A DNA stretch of 64,000 bases from Macrostomum hystrix (taxonomy: Eukaryota > Animalia > Platyhelminthes), in NCBI GenBank assembly GCA_950097015.1, contig CATNEN010000001.1:23188001-23252000 (forward strand), written 5' to 3'. The notes under the pieces were generated by a model, which worked only from the letters and a program-made list of their open reading frames with translations, searched no databases and had not been told where the DNA came from. A program made the position numbers and the translations under genes. Shown here one piece after another: positions 12,793-23,229 of this stretch (positions are counted from its first letter, which is position 1; each line of letters starts with the position of its first letter).

Positions 12793-13089
12793 ATGACCTT
12801 TCCCCCTTTAGATACATGTAACGACACTATAGGCAGGTCGGCGCCTGCGCTTCCCATTGTCCCGGCGGGATCACAATCATTGGCCGACTGCCGACAGACG
12901 CTCCTAGTGGGGCATCTGGCGATTCTCGCCGCCGCTTCGGTGGGCAATTGGGGTGGCATAATGCCGACCCGATTCCTCGCTGACAGGCTGGCGAGTATGT
13001 GGGTTGCTTTGATGGATGCGGGGTTGACGGAGCTGCAGGACTATTTAAGGAAGCGCGCTGCGCTGCCCCTAGGACAACCTCCCTTTTAA
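12793..13089 (+). CDS. Small orphan ORF (98 aa), ORF0 of the atypical element
   Basis: ATG start and amphipathic helical C-terminal half, followed by a polypyrimidine tract like the element's other ORFs. No recognisable domain. Confidence 0.35.
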   Translation: MTFPPLDTCNDTIGRSAPALPIVPAGSQSLADCRQTLLVGHLAILAAASVGNWGGIMPTRFLADRLASMWVALMDAGLTELQDYLRKRAALPLGQPPF

Positions 13090-13269
13090 CCTTCCTTTTA
13101 ACCTCCCTTCCTTTGAACCTTTTTCCCTGGCTTCCACAAGCCTTCCCTCCGAACCTTCCCTGGAGCAAACTTCCCCTGTCCGGTCCCGGAACTCGGTCCG
13201 TGGACTCTCCCCCTTTATTTGCCCATCCCTGCGAGAGCGACGGCCTGCAGCAAAGTCAGCCAGCATTCA

Positions 13270-15250
13270 GCTAAGTAACCCGCGCAGCGGACACTAATTG
13301 TTATCCCTAAGGGATTTATTATTTAGCTAGTGGGGCAAACGGGGCAAGGGCAGCATTCTAGCCTAGTAAACCATTTATAACTTGACTGCCATTATTAATA
13401 TTTAGGCCAATTTTATAATAACTAAACCTTTCCTTATCATGCTTTTCTCTTCTCTTTATTTTATCGCTAGACAGCCCTCGATCATGAGTGGCTAACTCAT
13501 TAGGGGGTGGGCTCTGGTGATGCCGAGCTGAAAGCTGCGGCAGGAAGACAACTGTGAGCGCGCATGAGAGTAATAAGGAGCTAGGGATTTGCGAGTAATA
13601 TGCGGGGCGTAGCATGTGTTCCTCTGCTAGGGGTGGGGAAATTCCTTGGCGGGTTTTTCCTCTCTTTCTGGCGGATCAAGGAGTGCGTGTCAACCTCCCT
13701 TGTCAATTAAGTCTTCCTTCTGTTCCCCGCCTCTCGCTGCCGCCGCCATGGGAGCGAGGGGTGTGATCTAATAACCATCGCTTGCATAATCACTCAGCCA
13801 GTGTTCTGCTTAACCTCTCCTGCCTCTGATTTCCTCATCTCACACAGATTCGGATTTGCTAGTTATTTAATGTGTAGGCTGCAATCTAATGTAAGGAATG
13901 TGCCTGATGTTTCATGAGTAGGATTCCGGCTATGTGTTTCTCATTCGAGTTCGGAGTACCACCTTTCTAGACCACTGTAGCGCAGTTTCAGGAATCCCCT
14001 GTTGAGGCGTGTCTCGATTCATTCTGGGGTCTTCGCCCTAGTCTAAAACGGAAGTTACAGAATGCCCTATTTTTCGGCTTGTCTGAGATCTGTGTGACAA
14101 ACTAGGAGCTGTGAACTCCGGGGACCCAAGTTCCCAAATGTCTGCGGTGGCAACGTAGGCGCATTGGGTGGTGGCGCTACCCTAGATCATTTTCCGCTTT
14201 GCCAATAGCCTTTCCGCATTTCTAAGACAAGAGCCTGGGCCGAATCGACCACTGCTACCGCTGTTAGGAGTCAGTTATGTACATGCTACTGATGACAGCA
14301 GGCTATCTAGCCCTGTCCTACCTGCTTGCGGGTAGTCCGAAATCTCTTTAGACTTTAGCCGGTTTCGAGCACTGCTTGGGGTAGGCACGGCAGTCATGCC
14401 TGTGGCCTATGGGTTGAGTGGGACTGGCCAGCCTGAGGCCGAGAGGACCACTCCCTGCATCCACTGTCTCTCCCTTCATCCCTCTTCCCGCGATAAATCG
14501 CGAGGCTTTGCGGTACGACTTCTAACTCTATCGCCATTCCCACACTCCCTTTCTCTCTTGAGGACAGGTCATCGGATTGCAAAACCCGCACCCACTTCAA
14601 ATGGTGGCATCGGGGTGGGATCTAGAAAGGGCGCGAAACGAACTTGAATTTCAATTGTTAGTTTAGCGCCGCAGATTTCTGTGGTAGCTTGCCGAAAGGG
14701 CTCCTTCTAGATTTCATTTTCCGTATGCCGAAATCTTATCTCTAAATAGTGAACCTCAGTTCTAGTGACTGTCAATTAATTTTCAAACAGTCGCAATTTG
14801 CTTTCAATTTAATTTAGGCGTTTGTTAGAGTTTCCAAAATTCTGATTAGTGACTTTCTACTATGAGTAGGCTGTGTGAGCGGACTTCATGCTAGAGTGTC
14901 TTCGGGTTAGGTGGCTGCTGCAGGAGTCAGGGACTGTCTGTGGGGTTTTCCCGCGTGACTGATCTGGGAGGGGCCATTCTTAACGAGGGACCGGGCAACG
15001 CCTTTCGGCCTTCTAACCGAGCGAGGGGAGCCCCCGGCAATGCAGCCGGGAATCGATGACTCGCCGAGCACCGGGGATTGGTTCTCTTGGGCAGCATGCA
15101 GGCCTGCTTACGTGTACCTGATTTTGAAAGTGTCACATAACTTTGACCAAGTCTGACTTTGGTGGGGAACAGTTAGGGAGGTGGGACTTTGAGGGAGGTC
15201 TAGCGACCCCCGTGCCCGCCTCTCGAAGCTGCCTACTTCAAGTATGGGCT
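13270..15250 (-). pseudogene. Heavily decayed Gypsy pol (RT, RNase H, integrase) remnant
   Basis: Manual minus-strand translation gives motif echoes in Gypsy order: HLPN..LGQSYVTL.KSG..Q (~15190-15090); VKNGPS..QSL..*PEDTLA*S (YxDD position 14909-14898); LIRILETLTNA*IKLKANC; TEVHYL; TVDAGSGPLG (~14470); ITPLAP..GGSER (~13770); KHDKERFSYYKIG (~13440). Many stops and frameshifts. Confidence 0.55.
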
Positions 15251-15919
15251 AGAATTCGGTCGGCACGTTTTTCTAAGAGATTCTCTGGGGGGTTTTCTAA
15301 ATGGGGTAGCCAGGCTTTAGCCATGGACTCCTACCCGAGCGAGATCCCAGGTATATCCCCCCTGGGCTTCCCAGTCTCGTAAATCGCGAGGGGGGCCCCC
15401 GGCAATGCAGCCGGGAATCGATGACTCCCTGAACGAGTCGGGGATTATCCCTTCTCTGAGTATCTTATTGAGGCGTGTACTTTCCAAGGTAGGGTGATAG
15501 GCTGTTGCAGGCGCAAGCTTGCAGTAGTACTGACCCCGCCGTACCTATAGTGCAACAGTCCGCTATAGGGGTGCAGAACGAGTGCTAAGCTAAAACCTAG
15601 ACTTCTATGTCCCAAACTTAAGTGCGCGCAAACAGTTGTCGGTAGCCAAGGCTGGAAGCAAAGCTAGCCAGGGCCCTGGGCCCTTTTTCTCTCTCATTGA
15701 TCTTTGATCCTTTTGCGGTAGGGTTGCTTGCTAGGAGTAGGGAATTCGCCGCATCATTAATCAGGGCTGGACTTGACAGCTCAGGCTCGTTTCTTTTCCC
15801 CCCTGCACGATCTCCAGTCGTGATCTGTGTTTTCCTTTTCCTCCCCTCCCCCATTGTTGCATTAGCGACAGACCCCCCCTTTTTCATTCGCAAAACCCTC
15901 ATTCCTCTTTTGGTCGAAA

Positions 15920-16978
15920 ATGTCCGACCAGGAGGGTGAGGTGGTGGAAGTGGTTGGAGTCAACCGCCCACCCAGAGGCCGCGCCGCAGCTGCGGCGCGC
16001 GCCGAACCCCCAGCGGCTGCTGCAGCACAGCAAGCCGACCCTGTGGAGCGCCTAGCGCTGCTTTTAGAGCGGCTAGAGGTGCGACGACCCCGGAACCACC
16101 GGGTCAAGGTCGCTATCGAGCCCTTCGAGTCCCGAAAAGACTCCTTCCCCCTCTGGCTGCGCCGTTTCAGCCTGAAGCTGGAGGCGGAGGGTGTAGAATC
16201 CGAGGAAGAAAAAGTCCTCACCCTTCTCGCTCACTTGAGTGGCGAGCCCCTCACCGAGGCGTTAGGGTTGCCCCGCCGGGTGACCTACGTTAGATTTGTG
16301 CAGGACCTTACTGAAGTCCTCAGTGGCGCCTGCACCCCCTACGCCCGATTACTGAGTGGGCGCAATTTGAAGCAAGGGCGGGATGAGACATACCCCGCCT
16401 TTGCCGACAGATTAAGAACAGCGGCCCTGCAGGCCACCCCCAATGGCCATGGCGTGCACTTTGAGCGCGCCCTGTTGGCCTCATTCATGGAGGGAATCGT
16501 GGCCCCAGCGGAAGTTTTGGCACCCATCATGCGGATGGAGTTCGCCACGGCGGAGGCTGCCGCAGACGAACTGCGTGCTGGTACCCAGGCCCATGAAATG
16601 GCGGTTGAGCGGGATCCTCGCCGGCGGGTGCGCCAAATTAGAGCAGAGCCCGACGACGAGCATGCCCAGTCGGAGCCGCTGCACAAGCTAACGGAGGAGT
16701 TGGCCAAAGTAACTCGGCAGCTAGCTGAGGTTTCTCAGCAGCTGCGGGATACGCGGCCCAACCTCATTCCCCCTCTTTGCCCGCACCCAACCGGGCACCA
16801 GTGGTTCCCCAAACGTGTCGAGCACGGGGCCGCTAAGGAGGCAAACCCCAAGTCGGAAAAGGGAAATGGGAACGGGGCCGCCAATTGGAGGCAGTCCCAC
16901 GGCTCCGAGACCCAGCCCGCAGCCCGACAATCGGAGCGACGGCAGCTGCTGCCTCCGACCGCCGAGAAGTCCGAGTGA
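15920..16978 (+). CDS. gag: Ty3/Gypsy-type Gag (capsid), 352 aa
   Basis: IEPF..FPLWLRRF, EKVLTLLAHLSGE, major-homology-like LKQGRDETYPAFADRL, LLASFMEGI, then a coiled coil. Intact ORF; no canonical CCHC knuckle. Confidence 0.9.
   Translation: MSDQEGEVVEVVGVNRPPRGRAAAAARAEPPAAAAAQQADPVERLALLLERLEVRRPRNHRVKVAIEPFESRKDSFPLWLRRFSLKLEAEGVESEEEKVLTLLAHLSGEPLTEALGLPRRVTYVRFVQDLTEVLSGACTPYARLLSGRNLKQGRDETYPAFADRLRTAALQATPNGHGVHFERALLASFMEGIVAPAEVLAPIMRMEFATAEAAADELRAGTQAHEMAVERDPRRRVRQIRAEPDDEHAQSEPLHKLTEELAKVTRQLAEVSQQLRDTRPNLIPPLCPHPTGHQWFPKRVEHGAAKEANPKSEKGNGNGAANWRQSHGSETQPAARQSERRQLLPPTAEKSE
16861..16907 (+). promoter_or_regulatory. -1 ribosomal frameshift signal (G GGA AAT plus stem-loop)
   Basis: Heptamer 16861-16867 is in the gag frame. 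After a 5-nt spacer comes the stem CGGGGCCG/CGGCTCCG. The -1 frame is closed by TAA at ~16834 and open from there to 17409. Confidence 0.75.
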
Positions 16979-17409
16979 ATTCACTCGGCCGAGTCCCCAC
17001 CCGAGTGCGAACCCGCCCCAATCGCTCTGAGCGGCTTAGTGAGGTGTGGGTCACCTTGGAGTTGGACGGAGCACCCCTTGACCTCCTGATCGACACTGGG
17101 TCAATGGTGAATGTGCTCCCGGGCTCGTTGTCATCCATCATCTCCCATCATCATTTCGACCCCCCTCAATTCTCTCTAGTTGCGTATAATGGCACCCCTA
17201 TTGTTGCACTCGCGCAAGTCAGAATCAAATTACAGGTTGGCGCCGAAGCACTGGATACGCTATTCCTTGTGGTCGAGGGCGACTGCTCTCCCCTGCTAGG
17301 CGCTTCCTGGTTGGCTCACCATCACGCCATTCTCGATTTCGATTCGCGAAACCTAATTGTCTATAGCCAGTCTATTCCCTTCTCGCTCAGGCGGAAGCCT
17401 GCCTTTTAG
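16861..17409 (+). CDS. Retropepsin-like aspartic protease, -1 frame of gag, ending right after the domain
   Basis: LLIDTGSMVNVL catalytic motif and PLLGASWL; stop at 17409 with no RT following. Confidence 0.9.
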   Translation, partial: GKWERGRQLEAVPRLRDPARSPTIGATAAAASDRREVRVNSLGRVPTRVRTRPNRSERLSEVWVTLELDGAPLDLLIDTGSMVNVLPGSLSSIISHHHFDPPQFSLVAYNGTPIVALAQVRIKLQVGAEALDTLFLVVEGDCSPLLGASWLAHHHAILDFDSRNLIVYSQSIPFSLRRKPAF

Positions 17410-17558
17410 GGCTGAGGAACTTCCCCCCTCCCCATTTTTCCCCCCTCCCCTTCTCTTCCCCCCCTTCTCCCCCCCTGGTACTATTTAGAGGGAGAGTCGC
17501 GCGTGGGGGAGACATTCGTTTCATTCTTAGGATAGGTATTTCATTTCTAGCGGAAGAC

Positions 17559-18140
17559 ATGGCAAGCTTTGGCACCGTCCTGGCGTGGTGGCTAGAAGTG
17601 GCCGCCACGGACTATCGCCGCGAACTGGCAGGGAAGAGGACCTGGCTGATGGTCCGCCTGTGGCTGTTACCCATGTTAGGACGAGCGGCCCAAGCAGGCG
17701 TTGACCTCGCCCTTGCCTGCCAGCTGGCAGAGTCTAGGTGGCTGGCCCAGGCGTGGTGCGAGGAGCGGGACCCTCTGCCGCCTAGGGGAGAAGACGAGGC
17801 AAACCTCCCTTGGAACCTGCGGTGGATGGAGTACAGCCCGCCAGAGGATTGGAGCCTTACCATCCCCGATGAGCTCGCCTCCTGGCTGCAAGCCAAGAGG
17901 ATCCCAGGACAGGAAGAGTTGGAGCACCAGCTGGTCATGCGCCGGATTGGGATGCCAGAGGTCACCCTGCGGTCAGCGGCAGACCCGGATTGGCGTGAGT
18001 GGCTCCACGGACATCGCATCGCCGAAGAGCCACCGCCCGGGGACAGCACGCTCGGTCGCATGGTGAGAGAGATGGAAGGCGAAGAAGCTAGCGAGGGACC
18101 GGCGGAAAGCACGCCCATTAAGGAGGAGGCCGAAGAATAG
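17559..18140 (+). CDS. Orphan Trp-rich ORF3 (193 aa)
   Basis: Good Kozak context GACATGG; acceptor-like CATTTCTAG ends 9 nt upstream; about 12 Trp; acidic tail. Confidence 0.6.
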   Translation: MASFGTVLAWWLEVAATDYRRELAGKRTWLMVRLWLLPMLGRAAQAGVDLALACQLAESRWLAQAWCEERDPLPPRGEDEANLPWNLRWMEYSPPEDWSLTIPDELASWLQAKRIPGQEELEHQLVMRRIGMPEVTLRSAADPDWREWLHGHRIAEEPPPGDSTLGRMVREMEGEEASEGPAESTPIKEEAEE

Positions 18141-18324
18141 GAAAGCGCAAGGTAGGATCAATTGAGGTGGTGACCGCAGAATTGTAGGAACAGGACCACT
18201 ATCCGTTAGGCCCCTGTCCCCTGTTCCCCCTTTGTCCTTTTCCTTTTTCTTCTCCCCTTTAATAATCATTCGCACTCTGCACCGTTTGTTCTTTTCTTCC
18301 TATTGTGCATGTTTTCCCTTTTCA

Positions 18325-19000
18325 TCTAAAGCCGCCTTGGCAAAAATCTCACACAAAAACTCTTATAAATTTAGTCAAAATCACAAAAATACACTTAGTG
18401 GGGCGAAATTCCCCGGATACTTTTTTCACATGAGATGCTTATCTAATTGTAGCAAACTAGGGTATGCACCTTCTTTTCTCAAAGAGCATTTTACTTTTAA
18501 TCGCACCACATCATGCATGGCACCTCTGCCTTATCTCGCTTCATATTGGTGGGTCTGTGGGAGTTCAATTTAGGACAACTTCTAAATTAGAAGGGACACC
18601 AACCCGCTAAAGTGAGCGGGGTGGTATGCCTTGGGAAATTCTATGCTTCTTAAAGGGAGGGAAGGCGGTTCAAATCAAAAAGGCCATCTCGGCGCCAAAA
18701 CCTCTTAAAAACTTATATAAACTAATCAAAATCCAAAAACATACTTAGTGGGGTGAAATTCCCCTTCGTAAGAATTTTCGCATAAAACATTGTTGTATTA
18801 ACTGCCGCAAACCAGGGTTCGCACCTACCTTTCGCAAACTTGCTTATCTTACATGTTCTCTATGCTTGGTTTCGGGAGTTTAGCTATACCGGCTTCTATT
18901 TAGGGGGTATACCAACCCGCTAAAGTGAGCGGGGTGGTATGTTTCGGGAGTTTTTCTTAATGTTTGTTTAAAGAGTGGGCGGTTGTAAATCAAGAGGCCG
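18325..19000 (+). repeat. Diverged ~320-350-bp tandem duplication in the 3' UTR, each unit ending in a hairpin and a purine tract
   Basis: Shared blocks CTTAGTGGGG.GAAATTCCCC (18394/18744), ACCAACCCGCTAAAGTGAGCGGGGTGGTATG (18598/18911) and GGCGGTT..AAATCAA..AGGCC. Confidence 0.85.
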
Positions 19001-19388
19001 GTAGGGTCAGGTTCGAATTCTAGGGGGAAAACAATCTGGCGGTTTCAATGAACGACAGATTTCAAAATGATAATTTTTCCTTTGTTAGGATTAGAAAGGT
19101 CAGAAAAAAACATTACTTGGGAGCTAGAAGTTAGCGGCTGGGAATTCAAATCTAGGTACCTGGAGGGGTAGAATAGTAATAAATCGTATGAATTAAGGTT
19201 CCAGACGTTTCAAAAACTCATTAACAGTCTATCAGTTAGTTTTTTTTGGTTACTAGGCGGTTGTAAAACTTGAGCAGTAATGTTTCATCGAGGAAAGAAG
19301 ACGGGTAAAGATAGTGAGTTCTATTTTGCATATTCAAACGGTGGCACGGAAGCAAATCATATCCCTTAGCACGTTATTTTTATTTACA
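18984..19388 (+). mobile_element. Putative 3' LTR (405 bp)
   Basis: Perfect 7-bp inverted termini TGTAAAT...ATTTACA, directly preceded by the PPT-like AAAGAGTGGGCGGT. AATAAA at 19178. No second copy in the window. Confidence 0.55.
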
Positions 19389-19612
19389 GAAAGAAACAAA
19401 AAAAGGGTTTTCAAATTAGCACCAGGTAAATAGTCCGAGTGAGTGCAGAGGCCGAGCAGGCGCCGATGAGTAGCTCAAAATAGCCATAAGGTGATGGCCA
19501 CGATCACCACCTCTCGGGTCGTGCGGCTGTCCTGAAATTACGCGAATCAGGTTCGCGGCGTGTAGCAGAACTTCACAAACTTGCTACAGAAGAAAAGCAT
19601 CCACTCCAATAC

Positions 19613-19981
19613 ATGGAACTTGAGTTCGCTGCTAGTCAGCTATCTATCCTGGTTGAGATGTACAAGGATATCGGCGAGGTACAAATTACATCAGCAACTA
19701 GCCAAGAGACGAGTGCGTCAACAAAACTTCCCGCAGAACAGCAGCAGCAGGAAGAGCGCTGCAACTCTTCTGAAGGTGCTCCTAAAAGTCCTAAACCTAC
19801 GCCAGAAACTCATCGAGTTCCAGCTAAAATCTGTCGAAACCCATTACCATTTGTGATTCCTCCAAGAGTCCCTTATTGCGTCAAACCCTTACCGCCTATT
19901 GTCTTGCGTAAATCTGCTACCAACTTGACCCGATATAACCCGAAAATTCCCACCTCGTCTCCCATAAAATTTGCTACCTGA
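19613..19981 (+). CDS. Orphan ORF or exon (122 aa), helical N-terminus and Pro/Ser-rich tail
   Basis: The frame is also open upstream of the ATG. No domain recognised. Confidence 0.3.
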   Translation: MELEFAASQLSILVEMYKDIGEVQITSATSQETSASTKLPAEQQQQEERCNSSEGAPKSPKPTPETHRVPAKICRNPLPFVIPPRVPYCVKPLPPIVLRKSATNLTRYNPKIPTSSPIKFAT

Positions 19982-20898
19982 GGTCTTCCTGTTGGAACAA
20001 AATACCATACCACCCCTATCCCATGGAAAAATTGGTATATCGACAGAGCCAATTACAGCAAGTCACTCTGCACCTACTTTTGTGTGGGTGCTGTGAAGCG
20101 TTAAGTTTAAGAGCGCTAAAATTAATACCAGTAAGCCCAAAATTTGGACACATATTTCTTTCAACTAGCAAATTTTTTGCAGGTCACTTTGCACATGCAA
20201 TACAATGTGCTGTGAAGCGTTAAGTTTAAGAGCGCTAAAATTAATACCAGTAAGCCCAAAGTTTGGACACATATTTCTTTCAACTAGCAAAATTATACAG
20301 GTCACTTTGCACATGCAATTCAATGTGCTGTGAAGCGCTACATTTTAAAGCGCTATGAGCCCATGTGTCAGCCTTCTCGCGGCGGACTCGTTGAGCGCGA
20401 ATAAAATCTGCTAATTACCGTGCGCTGCCAATCTTACCGTGCATGTTTGCACTATCCAGCGGACTGGCAGTGTACTTACGTTAGCTGTTTTTATTCGTGG
20501 GACTAATGACACTATTAAATTCGTTCATTTATCAGCTTTTCCGTTCAATTCCGTTTTATTATTATTATATAGCTCACAGTTTCATTGTCTGTCAAATAAA
20601 TGGAGGGGCTCCTAAACAGTGTTTCGCGTTTTCGTTTTTTAATTGCTTGTTTTTTAGATGCGCTTTCTTTCTGCTCATTAGTTGGCTGTGCAGGGAACAA
20701 CTAGGACAAATGGAGATACATGTGCATTTGAGAATAGACTGCCTGCTTTATACAATTATATGCATGGCAGATCAATGTCCTTATTAGCGTTTATATATTA
20801 GCGTTCACGCCTTCATTTAGGGTCTAGCTTTAATTGTCAACGTTTCAAACTTCAATCTCGAATAAATTTCAGGCCAGCATCACTTCCATTGAAAGTTG

Positions 20899-21554
20899 AT
20901 GACACCTCCCAACATTCACGCCGCGATTACGTGTCTTCAGTGCCACTGGAGTGGCAGGGCATCAGGTTTTAAACAGCATTGCCGCCGAGCTCATCCGGAC
21001 CTATCTGAAAAGCGAATCGACGCCAACCTTCGCTACTGTCGCCTACAAAATAAGCTGAAGTTGTCTCCTATTTTTATCTCTGTCCATATTGCTCTACTAT
21101 CATTTCGGGATACGATACGCACATGCTCATTCACAATCGCGGGAGAAGAGGAGGCGATAGAATCATCATCACGACTGAGGACTTCAAAGCTGCTAACCTT
21201 GCTGCATTAAGTTTCATTGACGAGCTGCGCAACATCGCTGTTGGTGGTAAAACTTGCGGTACTCCTGCCAACGAAATATCGCCGGCTCTTCCAGCAGCTG
21301 GTCAACCTACCAGTGCTCATTCAGTTGATTTAAATCCACAGGTGCCTGGGGCCCAAGACTACAGTTGTAATCAACGCTCCGCTGCAGCTTTAAGCTACAA
21401 TTCTGATGTCAACATGATGACGTGCGCGAGCATTCAACACAATGGAAATGACGATCCATTCAATTATTTGTCGGTGCTTTTTTCAATTTTCAATTCCCTC
21501 CAGTCGTCCAAGGCGTTTTGTTGTTATGCGAACTCGGCCAATCTGACTTCATAA
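20899..21554 (+). pseudogene. Two-C2H2 zinc finger protein, frameshifted (copy 2)
   Basis: Nearly identical to 5043-5698, with the same frameshift. Confidence 0.6.
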
Positions 21555-21710
21555 TTGCTTCATATGCGTTCATATGCATACAAGTGTCAATGCTCATATG
21601 CGTGTGTACACCTTTCGTGTCTGCTTGCCTGCAATCCTACTTGTGCATGTATTTGACTTACCTATAGTCATTACACTTAGCTAGAGTAATTTAGCCCAGG
21701 TGTGGCAACA

Positions 21711-22884
21711 ATGGTCAGGGGAGAGCTAGAGTCAAACTGTTCAGAATATGTTCCGATGACTAAATTATTCAGTTTTCCCTGGTAATCATGCAATTTCTTG
21801 GATGGTCAGAGGAGAGCTAGAGTCAAACTGTTCAGAATATGTTCCGATGACTAAATTATTCAGTTTTCCCTGGTAGTCATGCAATTTCTTGGATGGTCAG
21901 AGGAGAGCTAGAGTCAAACTGTTCAGAATATGTTCCGATGACTAAATTATTCAGTTTTCCCTGGTTATCATGCAATTTCTTGGATGGTCAGAGGAGAGCT
22001 AGAGTCAAACTGTTCAGAATATGTTCCGATGACTAAATTATTCAGTTTTCCCTGGTAATCATGCAATTTCTTGGATGGTCAGAGGAGAGCTAGAGTCAAA
22101 CTGTTCAGAATATGTTCCGATGACTAAATTATTCAGTTTTCCCTGGTAGTCATGCAATTTCTTGGATGGTCAGAGGAGAGCTAGAGTCAAACTGTTCAGA
22201 ATATGTTCCGATGACTAAATTATTCAGTTTTCCCTGGTAATCATGCAATTTCTTGGATGGTCAGAGGAGAGCTAGAGTCAAACTGTTCAGAATATGTTCC
22301 GATGACTAAATTATTCAGTTTTCCCTGGTAATCATGCAATTTCTTGGATGGTCAGAGGAGAGCTAGAGTCAAACTGTTCAGAATATGTTCCGATGACTAA
22401 ATTATTCAGTTTTCCCTGGTAATCATGCAATTTCTTGGATGGTCAGAGGAGAGCTAGAGTCAAACTGTTCAGAATATGTTCCGATGACTAAATTATTCAG
22501 TTTTCCCTGGTAGTCATGCAATTTCTTGGATGGTCAGAGGAGAGCTAGAGTCAAACTGTTCAGAATATGTTCCGATGACTAAATTATTCAGTTTTCCCTG
22601 GTAGTCATGCAATTTCTTGGATCGTCAGAGGAGAGCTAGAGTTAAACTGTTCAGAATATGTTCCGATGACTAAATTATTCAGTTTTCCCTGGTAGTCATG
22701 CAATTTCTTGGATGGTCAGAGGAGAGCTAGAGTCAAACTGTTCAGAATATGTTCCGATGACTAAATTATTCAGTTTTCCCTGGTAGTCATGCAATTTCTT
22801 GGATGGTCAGAGGAGAGCTAGAGTCAAACTGTTCAGAATATGTTCCGATGACTAAATTATTCAGTTTTCCCTGGTAGTCATGCA
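21711..22884. repeat. 91-bp tandem repeat, ~13 units
   Basis: Period 91 (GAGAGCTAG at 21721, 21812, ...). Confidence 0.97.
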
Positions 22885-23229
22885 GCGGAGTGAGAGGAGA
22901 GAGTTCTGAAGTTCTAAACGCGTTTGACAATGATAAAATCTCAAACTCTAATTCCTGCTTTCTTTATGCTCACTGTGCATGCACTGTATGTGTTTTTACG
23001 TGAGGGTCTGTACTTTGTTCAATTAATGTTTCTGTCTAACTAGGACTTTTCACCAATTCTTTTCCGTGTCAAACTTCAGGGAAAGTACATAAGCTAATTT
23101 ATCAAAAATATCAGCGCATCTCATTCGCAAAAATTGTGCCGCACAGGCACGGCATAGGTGACCTGCTGCAAGGTATACTGACTAAAATTACTATTATGTT
23201 ATTATTATTACTTCTTTCTTGGAATCACA

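Larger units (their letters stand above)
12600..19388 (+). mobile_element. Atypical Ty3/Gypsy-derived element: ORF0, antisense decayed pol, gag, protease, ORF3, PPT, 3' LTR (5' LTR not found; left boundary approximate)
   Basis: See component features. A comparatively GC-rich block lying between the two copies of the duplicated unit. Confidence 0.7.

Noticed and set aside
14286-14320. CTGATGA followed by a hairpin
   Set aside because: No GAAA or stem III follows, so it is not a hammerhead.
21711-22884. CRISPR-like appearance of the tandem arrays
   Set aside because: Units are wholly repeated with no unique spacers, there are no cas genes, and the context is eukaryotic.
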